Source of the DNA: an uncultured Actinomycetota bacterium
Lineage (GTDB): Bacteria; Actinomycetota; Humimicrobiia; Humimicrobiales; Humimicrobiaceae
Assembly: GCA_964415365.1 (NCBI GenBank)
Contig: CAYPYW010000010.1
Coordinates: 11,071-75,070, forward strand
Reading direction: 5' to 3'
DNA: 64,000 nucleotides
Positions 9,441 through 17,385 of the stretch are shown in pieces. The notes under the pieces were generated by a model. The model worked only from the letters and a program-made list of their open reading frames with translations. It ran no database searches and was not told where the DNA came from. The position numbers and the translations under genes are program-made. Position 1 is the first letter of the stretch; every line of letters begins with the position of its first letter.

Positions 9441-9823
9441 TGGCTGAATATCTACTGGATACAACAATAATAATTGAACATCTCCGTGGTAATACAAAAG
9501 TAAGTTCCTGTCTGGAAGAAATAGGAATTAAAGGTGACATTGCGGGATGCTGTTGTATAAATATTGCCGAAGTTTATACTGGGGTTAAGGAAAAGGAGAA
9601 AGAGAAAACAGACAGATTTATTGAAAGCCTTTATTACTTTGAAGTGACTAAAGAGGTTGCTAGATTGGCCGGGAAACTGAAGCAAAAGTATGCTGGGAAG
9701 GGTAAAACATTGTCAATCGCTGATGTAATTATTGCAGCTACAGCAATGGTGTATGGTTTAACATTGATTACGAAAAATGTAAAGCATTATCCTTTTCCAG
9801 AGCTAGAAATTAACGAAATCTAA
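9440..9823 (+). CDS. vapC: PIN-domain ribonuclease toxin VapC
   Basis: 127 aa; LLDTTIIIE (first acidic residue), IADVIIAATA, LITKNVKHY PIN motifs; 4-nt overlap with vapB. Confidence 0.8.
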   Translation: MAEYLLDTTIIIEHLRGNTKVSSCLEEIGIKGDIAGCCCINIAEVYTGVKEKEKEKTDRFIESLYYFEVTKEVARLAGKLKQKYAGKGKTLSIADVIIAATAMVYGLTLITKNVKHYPFPELEINEI

Positions 9824-9963
9824 CTGCATATCATTTTTATTATAAGATAACACATTTGTAATTATCTGGTTTTATTAAAATATGATATATTTAAGTTGTT
9901 AAGGTAGTTCACCAAGATCTTTATAGACGGAATACCACGGATTCTTAAAGAATTAAAATAAAT

Positions 9964-12900
9964 ATGGAAGAGTTAAACAATATTGTTGCTTATTGGTATG
10001 ATTGTATCAAGAGTGAAGATATTTTAGAGAAAGATATTTCTATAAATGTCAGGAGTAAAGCAGTTCTTTACCCTTTTGATAATGATCCATTCATTTTTGA
10101 TAAAAGAGAAAATTCAGTCTTGGTGTCCGGAGACGGAAAATTGACTACTTTTTCAGAATATATCAGCATACGAGATTACGAGCCATATTATGGATATCCA
10201 ATTCTGTTTTATTTTGACGATAACTCAAAAAAATACTTGGTTGCACCTCTTTTTATAATTAAGGTGAAGTTCGTTGAAAAGGATAAGGGGCTACATCTAC
10301 AAAAAGATGAACAAAATCCTACTTGTGGAATTCAAGCATTTAGCAGGCTTGGATTTCGCACCGAGGAAATTGCTGATATAAGTCAACCTCTAGAAAGGTT
10401 ATTTAGAAGTGAGTTTTCTAATAGTAAAAATTTAGCAGAAAAATGTTTAGAGGTTATTCAAAAGGAAGCTGAGCTACCAATTAATGAGCCTATAGATCCT
10501 AATAGGTTAACCAACAGGGAAAAGATTTCGAAGAATATGGCTTCAGGTTTGTATAATAAAAGTTTAGTCTTTGCTGGTGAAAATACTGCTTATAACATTA
10601 GCCTGCTCCAAGACTTGCTAGAATTGAAAGAAAAAAATGATTTAGACAAGACTGCTCTTTCATTTATCCTTGAAAAGATATCTTCAGTTAAAGGAGTTGA
10701 AAAAACACCAATTCTTCCTTTTCCTTCAAATGAGTATCAAGTAAAAGCCCTACAGAATATATTTCAAAATAAGTTATCTGTCATTACCGGTCCACCTGGT
10801 ACTGGAAAAAGCCAATACATTTCAAATCTGTTGATTAACCTTTTTCTTGAAGGAAAGTCAGTTCTCTTTGTTAGTCATACTAATCCGGCAGTTGATGTTG
10901 TAAATGAAAAAATAAATCAACAATTTCGAAACTTGATGCTTCGGACAGGTAGAAAAGAATTTCGGCAAGAACTTAAAGGAAGGTTTAACGAATTAATTTT
11001 GGAGTCAGAAAGAAAACCATTGGAACAGGGACAGATAGGTCAAATTCAATCTATGTGGCAAACGATCTTGCAATATCGAGAAAGCTTGTTACAGCTAGAC
11101 CAGCTAGAACAACGATTTGAGGACAGTTATCTACCTTACAGTAATAGAAAAACTCCTTTTTACGAAGGTTATAATTTAGAACAATCATTTGAAGAATTAT
11201 CCCCCAATTTGAGGAAATTGGAAGTTATTAAAGAAAGATTGGAACATCTTAGGAGTAAAATAGAGAATAAACAATTTTCTTTATTGGAGAGAATTGTTCT
11301 CTTCTTATTTCCACATTATATTGAGAACAAAAAGGAAAGATTATTTTATAATTTGAGTCGTATTCTACCACTTAGTACTCTTAGGATTCTCCAGAATTCT
11401 ACGAAGCCTGCTCAGATTAGAAATTGGAACGACCAAGGATGGTTAAGACTGTCAGAATACCTTGAACTGTTAAAATACTTTTTCAAATTTGAAACAATCA
11501 GGCAGGAAATAGAAACTTTTCAACCCAGGGCGATTATTGAACAAAAAATTAGGAAGCTAGAAAAGGATTTTTGCGATGTTTCAAAAAGGTTTGTAAAGGA
11601 CATTTACATACAAAGAATGCTTGGGAAAGGTGAAAATGTTGGAAGGGTAAATTCATTTTTGTATCAAGTAGATTCTATTAGACCAAATGATGATGGTATC
11701 GATAGCTATTTATTTAAGGAAGCTCTTGATGCTTTAAAAATATGGTCATGTACTTTGAAATCAGTCAGAAGAACGTTTCCTCTAAGTCCTGGCATCTTTG
11801 ATTATGTAATTTTTGATGAGGCTTCACAGGTTGATCTACCCTCAGCAGCACCAGCTCTTTATAGAGCAAAAAGAGCTATTGTGGTTGGTGACCCTATGCA
11901 ACTTACGCATGTTGCTGGGTTAACCAGGGACATAGATAAGGGATTGGCTCGGATCCATGGACTAACGGAAAAGAAGAATATCTACCCTTCAAAGATAAGA
12001 TATTGCGATATTCCCCTTTATAGATCTGCAGAGAATTCTCTAAGTCATAAGCCCATACTGCTAATTAATCATTATCGGTCAGAAGACCAAATTATTGCTT
12101 TATGTAATCAGGCTTTTTATGGGGGGCATTTAAAAATAATGACCACTCTTGATTACGCCCGATACCCTAGCAGTTTACCATTAGGTATTCACTGGATTAA
12201 TTGTGAAGGTGAAGTTTTTAAACATCCTGCAGGGAGCAGAATAAATCGCGCTGAGGTCTTATTGGTAAATAAGGTTTTCCAAGATGTATTACAAGAAATA
12301 TCAGGGACAGATCTAAGTATAGGTATTGTCACTCCCTACTCTCGTCAACAGGACGCAATATACGAAAGAATTTCCCAATCAACATCGGCAGAACTTCTTG
12401 AGAGACATAATGTAAGAATCCTTACCGCTCATAAATTTCAGGGGTCTGAAAAAGACATAATGATATTTTCTTTAGTTTTGGCATCCCGCGGAAATGGAAG
12501 TAGTGATCGATGGTATAATATTTACCCTCAAATTTTGAATGTAGCCTTATCGCGGGCGAAGTATCTTTTATATATTGTAGGAGATAGAAACTTTTGTCAC
12601 GAACATTCCTGTTATAAAGAGCAAGATTGTGTACTAAAGCGATTGGTTAAAACTTATGACGATATTAAGAAGCAGGAAAAAGCTGAGGAATATACATTGT
12701 TTGAAAAGTTTGACTCTCCGACTGAAAGATTTCTTTTTGAGAAATTACAGAAGATAGATTTTGGGCGTCTTAAGTATAAATTGATTCCCAAGTTGGTCGT
12801 TAAGAGATATACACTAGATTTCGCACTTCTAGGTAAGAAAAAGATAGATATTGAGTGTGATGGCTACCAGCATACAATTATCGAAGGTTTCCCGGTATTG

Positions 12901-13029
12901 GAGGATGTCGCAAGAGACTATTTTTTGAAAGAGGAAGGGTGGGAAGTTTTTAGATTTCCTAATCATAGAATTTTGTCTCAAACTGATATTGTGATCGAAG
13001 ATATTTTAAATTTGTTGAAGGAGCCATAA
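9964..13029 (+). CDS. large multidomain protein: N-terminal DUF4011-like region, Dna2/Upf1-family SF1 helicase (AAA_11/AAA_12) and C-terminal DUF559/Vsr-like (REase_MTES_1575-type) PD-(D/E)xK endonuclease; candidate single-gene defence protein
   Basis: Walker A VITGPPGTGKSQY; motif II VIFDEASQVDL; VVGDPMQL; motif V/VI ILTAHKFQGSEKDIMIFSLV and ALSRAKYLLYIVGD; C-term LDFAL...IDIECDGYQH...DVARDYFLKEEGWEVFRFPNH matches DUF559/Vsr-like pattern; no SD; AT-richer than neighbours (about 28% vs about 39% GC in hand-counted 120-nt samples). Confidence 0.8.
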   Translation: MEELNNIVAYWYDCIKSEDILEKDISINVRSKAVLYPFDNDPFIFDKRENSVLVSGDGKLTTFSEYISIRDYEPYYGYPILFYFDDNSKKYLVAPLFIIKVKFVEKDKGLHLQKDEQNPTCGIQAFSRLGFRTEEIADISQPLERLFRSEFSNSKNLAEKCLEVIQKEAELPINEPIDPNRLTNREKISKNMASGLYNKSLVFAGENTAYNISLLQDLLELKEKNDLDKTALSFILEKISSVKGVEKTPILPFPSNEYQVKALQNIFQNKLSVITGPPGTGKSQYISNLLINLFLEGKSVLFVSHTNPAVDVVNEKINQQFRNLMLRTGRKEFRQELKGRFNELILESERKPLEQGQIGQIQSMWQTILQYRESLLQLDQLEQRFEDSYLPYSNRKTPFYEGYNLEQSFEELSPNLRKLEVIKERLEHLRSKIENKQFSLLERIVLFLFPHYIENKKERLFYNLSRILPLSTLRILQNSTKPAQIRNWNDQGWLRLSEYLELLKYFFKFETIRQEIETFQPRAIIEQKIRKLEKDFCDVSKRFVKDIYIQRMLGKGENVGRVNSFLYQVDSIRPNDDGIDSYLFKEALDALKIWSCTLKSVRRTFPLSPGIFDYVIFDEASQVDLPSAAPALYRAKRAIVVGDPMQLTHVAGLTRDIDKGLARIHGLTEKKNIYPSKIRYCDIPLYRSAENSLSHKPILLINHYRSEDQIIALCNQAFYGGHLKIMTTLDYARYPSSLPLGIHWINCEGEVFKHPAGSRINRAEVLLVNKVFQDVLQEISGTDLSIGIVTPYSRQQDAIYERISQSTSAELLERHNVRILTAHKFQGSEKDIMIFSLVLASRGNGSSDRWYNIYPQILNVALSRAKYLLYIVGDRNFCHEHSCYKEQDCVLKRLVKTYDDIKKQEKAEEYTLFEKFDSPTERFLFEKLQKIDFGRLKYKLIPKLVVKRYTLDFALLGKKKIDIECDGYQHTIIEGFPVLEDVARDYFLKEEGWEVFRFPNHRILSQTDIVIEDILNLLKEP

Positions 13030-13083
13030 CCATGATACTTCATCTAACACAGCTAAAAGATTCGTGCCTTATGGTACTCACCC

Positions 13084-13113
13084 AAATTTTTGCTCCGCAA
13101 AAATTTATTTTTA
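13084..13113 (+). terminator. Rho-independent terminator downstream of helicase-nuclease gene
   Basis: Perfect 10-bp stem AAATTTTTGC / GCAAAAATTT with 3-nt loop TCC, followed by ATTTTTA. Confidence 0.5.
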
Positions 13114-13220
13114 TATAATAAGTAAAAACATGAATGAATTGTATTCCAAAAAAGTGGAAAAGGAAGACATTGTTATTTTAACTGAGTATCGTTTCAAAAT
13201 GTTTGATGAAATATTTTTAC

Positions 13221-13412
13221 TTAGACTATTTTTTTAACCTTACCTGATGTCAAGCAGCTGGCACAGATATTTATAGTCTTAATCTCGCCTTTATATTCAA
13301 CCTTTGCCTTATGAATATTGGGCTTAAAGATCCTTCTGGTTTTTTTGTGTGAGTGACTTACATTATTTCCAAAAGATGTTTTTTTACCGCAAATTTCACA
13401 TACTCTGGGCAT
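13221..13412 (-). CDS. rpmB: 50S ribosomal protein L28
   Basis: MPRVCEICGKKTSFGNNVSHSHKKTRRIFKPN...CASCLTSGKV matches L28; only minus-strand gene in window; divergent from yloV as in Firmicutes. Confidence 0.9.
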   Translation of the reverse strand: MPRVCEICGKKTSFGNNVSHSHKKTRRIFKPNIHKAKVEYKGEIKTINICASCLTSGKVKKIV

Positions 13413-13648
13413 TTTTTCTCCTGTATATTTTAAAAAAATTTATATTTTAATTCCGGGGAATATTTATTTTATTAATTATAAATAAACCAGGAACGAATAT
13501 TAGCATTTTATTTTTCACTTTTCAAGGTAAATAAAAAAGTAATTAAGTGTTAATAGAAACAATTTTTAACCAATAAAGTCTTAAGGAATGTAGAAAAAAA
13601 GTGTGTCTGGATAAAGATTGTTTTATCCGGGTAGAAATGAGGCGAATT

Positions 13649-13658
13649 CTGATATAAT
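13649..13658 (+). promoter_or_regulatory. extended -10 promoter element (TGaTATAAT) for yloV
   Basis: Perfect TGnTATAAT 31 nt upstream of the yloV start; no clear -35. Confidence 0.35.
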
Positions 13659-13689
13659 ATATTAGAGTATTTAGCCATTTAACCCTGAA

Positions 13690-15456
13690 ATGGGTAAAGC
13701 TATGTTTAATGAAATAAACAAACAAGAGTTAGATAAAGTCATTGATATAATAATAGAGAATTTTAAGGAAAACGAAGATAAAATTAACGATATGAATGTA
13801 TTTCCTGTTCCTGACGGGGATACCGGTACCAATATGCTGCTTACTTTGAATTCAATCAAGGAAGAACTTTCAAAACTTAAGGATTTTTCTGTAGGAAATG
13901 TTCTGGAGAGAGCTTCATTTGGAGCATTAATGGGGGCCAGGGGAAATTCTGGTGTAATATTGTCTCAAATACTCAAGGGTTTTTTTGATATTATAACAAA
14001 ATGTGACAGTCTGAGTCTGGAGGTAATAAAAGAAGCACTGAGATCATCCAGAGATCTGGCCTATGATTCTGTACAGGATCCAACCGAGGGTACCATGCTT
14101 ACTACCATAAAAGATATCTGCAAGTTTGTGGATGATCTGACCAATCATACCGGTAAAATAAAACTGATAGAGCTCCTGGATAAAATTATTTTGGAAGCCG
14201 AAAAATCTGTTGAGAGAACCACTTTTCTCCTGCCTGTATTGAAAAAAGCAGATGTGGTGGATGCCGGAGCACAGGGTATCCTGGATATACTGATTGGAGC
14301 CAGAAAGGCAATGACCGATATCAGTAGTATAAATGGAAAATTGGAAAGGACACTTGTTGGAAGCGTAGGGAGCTTATCTTCCGGATCCGGCGGCAGTGGT
14401 AACCCCGGTAGTAACAGTTCGGAAAACAATAATCCTGACACCAATCCCGAAGCTGATATCCTGAAGGTTGGAAAGGAAAGTTTGGAAGAGGTAAAAAGAA
14501 GTTATGAAATCAAATACACTTATTGTACAGAATTCATATTAAAAGGCAGTGGGATAGATATAGAAAGACTGAGGGAAAGAATTGAAAGTTTTGGCGACAG
14601 TGCTCTGGTAGTCGGAAATGATAGTCTGGTGAAAATACATGTTCATACCAACCATCCCCATAAGGTTCTGAGGAGGGCGTTGAGTGAAGGTACTCTTCAC
14701 GATATTCAGATTAATAATATGAAAGATCAGAGAGAAGAGGTAACAGGAAAAGCAGAAGCAGTAGGGAAGGCAGAAACAACAGAAGAAAAGATGGAAGAAA
14801 GGAGAACACTAATAGCAGTAGCTAATGGTGAAGGATTGGAAGGGATATTTAAAAGTATTGGTGTAGATATTATTGTAAGCGGCGGACAAAGCATGAATCC
14901 ATCAACCTACGATATAGTAAAGGCTATAAATAGTACAGAAGCTTCTGAGGTTGTTATATTTCCAAATAATAAAAATATAATACTTACCGCTAATCAGGCA
15001 AAAAAGATTGTAAAGAATAAAGGTGTTTATGTGGTACCAACCAGAAGTATACCGGCAGGCATATCGGCAATACTGTCTTATAATCCTGATTCGGCCATGG
15101 AAGAGAATATGTGCGGCATGGAAGAAGCAGCTAAAAAGGTCAAAGACGGAGAGATAACCCAGGCAGTAAGAGATGCAAATCTTATGGTCGGTGAGATAAA
15201 AAAGGGCGAATATATCGGCCTGTCCAGCGGCAAGGTTAGAGTGATATCGGATAATGTGGTAGATGCCACTATTGATCTGATAAGAGACATTGCAGGTTCC
15301 ACTGAGGAAGTTATTACTTTTTACACCGGAAAGGATGCTGCACCGGAAGACATTGAAAGCATCAAAAAAGAGATCAAAAAGCATTTTCCCAGAATGGACA
15401 TAGAAATACATAAGGGTGAACAACCCTTATATCCTTATATATTTTCAATCGAATGA
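13690..15456 (+). CDS. yloV: DAK2-domain fusion protein YloV (DAK2 + DegV/fatty-acid-kinase-like C-terminal domain)
   Basis: DAK2 motif PVPDGDTGTNM; 588 aa; low-complexity G/S/N-rich linker (SLSSGSGGSGNPGSNSSENNNPD); conserved rpmB-divergent position. Confidence 0.8.
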   Translation: MGKAMFNEINKQELDKVIDIIIENFKENEDKINDMNVFPVPDGDTGTNMLLTLNSIKEELSKLKDFSVGNVLERASFGALMGARGNSGVILSQILKGFFDIITKCDSLSLEVIKEALRSSRDLAYDSVQDPTEGTMLTTIKDICKFVDDLTNHTGKIKLIELLDKIILEAEKSVERTTFLLPVLKKADVVDAGAQGILDILIGARKAMTDISSINGKLERTLVGSVGSLSSGSGGSGNPGSNSSENNNPDTNPEADILKVGKESLEEVKRSYEIKYTYCTEFILKGSGIDIERLRERIESFGDSALVVGNDSLVKIHVHTNHPHKVLRRALSEGTLHDIQINNMKDQREEVTGKAEAVGKAETTEEKMEERRTLIAVANGEGLEGIFKSIGVDIIVSGGQSMNPSTYDIVKAINSTEASEVVIFPNNKNIILTANQAKKIVKNKGVYVVPTRSIPAGISAILSYNPDSAMEENMCGMEEAAKKVKDGEITQAVRDANLMVGEIKKGEYIGLSSGKVRVISDNVVDATIDLIRDIAGSTEEVITFYTGKDAAPEDIESIKKEIKKHFPRMDIEIHKGEQPLYPYIFSIE

Positions 15457-16033
15457 TTTTACTGGATGGAGATGGGCTATTAGAATTATTTCTGGTAAAT
15501 TCAAAGGCAGAAAACTAAAACCTCCTTCGGATTATAAAATCAGACCTACTTTAGACAGTGTAAAAGAAAGTATTTTTAATGTTATTGGCAGCAGAATAGA
15601 AGGGTCAAACGTCCTTGATTTATTTGCGGGAACAGGCTCACTGGGAATAGAATCCTTAAGCAGGAACTGCAATCTGGTATATTTTGTAGATGAAAGCTTT
15701 GAGTCAATTAATCTTATAAGATATAATGTCACCTGTTTAAAAATCGAAAATGAGAAGTATAAAATAATCAGAAGTGACGTTCTGGAGTTTTTGCAATCTT
15801 ATGTGAACTCAAAATGGGATATAATCTTTATAGACCCGCCATATAAGATTGAAAGTGGTATAATGAGAAAAATATTTGGCGTTCTATCTGAAAAAAGAGT
15901 TAGCAGGGCTGATACTCTGATAGTATACGAATATTTTTTTAAGAGAGATGTCAGGGAAGAGATAGAGGGTTTGAAAAAAATTAAGGAATCACATTTTGGG
16001 GATAAAAGGGTGATTTATCTTTCTCCTTATTAA
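15416..16033 (+). CDS. rsmD: 16S rRNA (guanine966-N2)-methyltransferase RsmD
   Basis: GKFKGRKL, DLFAGTGSLGIESLSR, DPPY motifs; only canonical in-frame start is GTG 15416, which overlaps the yloV 3' end by 41 nt; start uncertain. Confidence 0.75.
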   Translation: MNNPYILIYFQSNDFTGWRWAIRIISGKFKGRKLKPPSDYKIRPTLDSVKESIFNVIGSRIEGSNVLDLFAGTGSLGIESLSRNCNLVYFVDESFESINLIRYNVTCLKIENEKYKIIRSDVLEFLQSYVNSKWDIIFIDPPYKIESGIMRKIFGVLSEKRVSRADTLIVYEYFFKRDVREEIEGLKKIKESHFGDKRVIYLSPY

Positions 16034-16056
16034 AATTAAGAGATAGGACTTAAACT

Positions 16057-16536
16057 ATGGAAAAAATAGCGCTATGCCCGGGAACCTATGATCCTTTGAC
16101 CGAGGGGCACAGGGATATAATTGAAAGAAGTTCAAAGATTTTCTATAAAGTGATAGTAGCCATATCTAAAGATACCAAAAAGAAACCTTTCTACACTGCG
16201 GAAAAAAGAGCTGGTTTTGCAAGGAGAGCATTGAAAAATCTGAAAAATGTGGAAGTTATTACTTTTGAAGGATTGCTGGTAGATCTGGCTAAAAAAGTAA
16301 AGGCTACGGTTATAGTCAAAGGTCTCAGAGCTATTTCGGATTTTGAGTATGAATTTCAGATGGCACAGATCAATAAAAAATTAAATCCGGAAGTGGAAAC
16401 TATGTTTATGGTGACCAATCCTAAATTTGCTTATCTTAGTTCCAGTGCGGTAAAAGAAGTGGCGGGATTCCAGGGCTGCATAAAAGGACTGGTTCCTGAA
16501 GAAATAGAGAAAGATATAATAAAAAGTTTTAAATAA
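16057..16536 (+). CDS. coaD: phosphopantetheine adenylyltransferase
   Basis: CPGTYDPLTEGHRDII (GTFDP.T.GH motif); 159 aa. Confidence 0.9.
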   Translation: MEKIALCPGTYDPLTEGHRDIIERSSKIFYKVIVAISKDTKKKPFYTAEKRAGFARRALKNLKNVEVITFEGLLVDLAKKVKATVIVKGLRAISDFEYEFQMAQINKKLNPEVETMFMVTNPKFAYLSSSAVKEVAGFQGCIKGLVPEEIEKDIIKSFK

Positions 16537-16561
16537 GAGTATTTTTAAGTAAAAAATAGAT

Positions 16562-17035
16562 ATGGAGAACGATATGAATGCATTTGAAATTGTAGACCGG
16601 ATTGAAGAATTCCTTGATAAAAGTAAAAGAATTCCATTTTCATCCAATTTAATTGTAAATGAGAATGAAATATACGACCTTCTGGATGAACTGAGGAATA
16701 TACTACCGGAGGAATTCAAGCAATCCAGATGGATTGTTAAAGAGAGAGAAAACATGATAGAGGAAGCTAAAAGGTACTCTGAAAGAGTAATAAAGGAGGC
16801 AAAAGAGAAAGCAGAAATTCTGGTCAGCGAAACCGAGGTACTAAAAGAAGCCAGCAGGAAATCTGAGGAATTAATGGCTGCAGTAGAAGCCAGAGCAAGA
16901 ACTATCAGACTGGAAGCTGAAGATTATGCCGATGAGAAGCTGGCAAACCTGGAAGCTGTGTTACATAAATTGTTAACTGCTATTGAAAAGGGAAGAGAAC
17001 AATTTAGAAGCACGCTGAGTTCGGGTGAGAAATAA
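16562..17035 (+). CDS. hypothetical coiled-coil protein (E/K-rich), function unknown
   Basis: 157 aa, heptad-rich EAKRYSERVIKEAKEKAEILVSETEVLKEASRK; occupies the position where Firmicutes have YceD/DUF177 upstream of rpmF, but lacks the YceD cysteine motifs. Confidence 0.5.
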   Translation: MENDMNAFEIVDRIEEFLDKSKRIPFSSNLIVNENEIYDLLDELRNILPEEFKQSRWIVKERENMIEEAKRYSERVIKEAKEKAEILVSETEVLKEASRKSEELMAAVEARARTIRLEAEDYADEKLANLEAVLHKLLTAIEKGREQFRSTLSSGEK

Positions 17036-17130
17036 TATTTGTTGAATAAATATTTTTTTATGTTATATTTATATATTTATGTTTGTTTATAACAAGTTTG
17101 TAACAAAGTATTCAGCAGGAGGATATAGTA

Positions 17131-17364
17131 TTGGCAGTACCAAAGAGCAAAGTATCAAAGTCCAAAAGAGATAAGCGTAGGACTCATGACCGTTTAAAAA
17201 TGGTGAATATTGTTGAATGCCCTAGATGCCATAGTAAAAAAATATCGCATAGGGTCTGTGAAAGTTGTGGGTATTACTCTGAACATGAGATAATAATATT
17301 TGAAGAGAAAGGCAAAAAGAAAGAAAAGAAAGAAACAAAAGAAACAAAGGAAGAACGCAAATAA
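17131..17364 (+). CDS. rpmF: 50S ribosomal protein L32 with K/E-rich C-terminal tail
   Basis: TTG start with AGGAGGA RBS; MAVPKSKVSKSKRDKRRTHDRLK...CPRCHSKKISHRVCESCGYY; about 20-aa KE-rich extension. Confidence 0.85.
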   Translation: MAVPKSKVSKSKRDKRRTHDRLKMVNIVECPRCHSKKISHRVCESCGYYSEHEIIIFEEKGKKKEKKETKETKEERK

Positions 17365-17385
17365 AATTGGATTTTAGAGAACTAA

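Noticed and set aside
13128-13213. Small about 28-aa ORF between the helicase terminator and rpmB
   Set aside because: Too short, no RBS, no recognisable family; likely intergenic noise.
14145-15423. Minus-strand ORFs (99, 173, 74 aa) inside yloV
   Set aside because: Antisense to a conserved DAK2-family gene; compositionally biased (F/Y/I/L-rich); no independent evidence.
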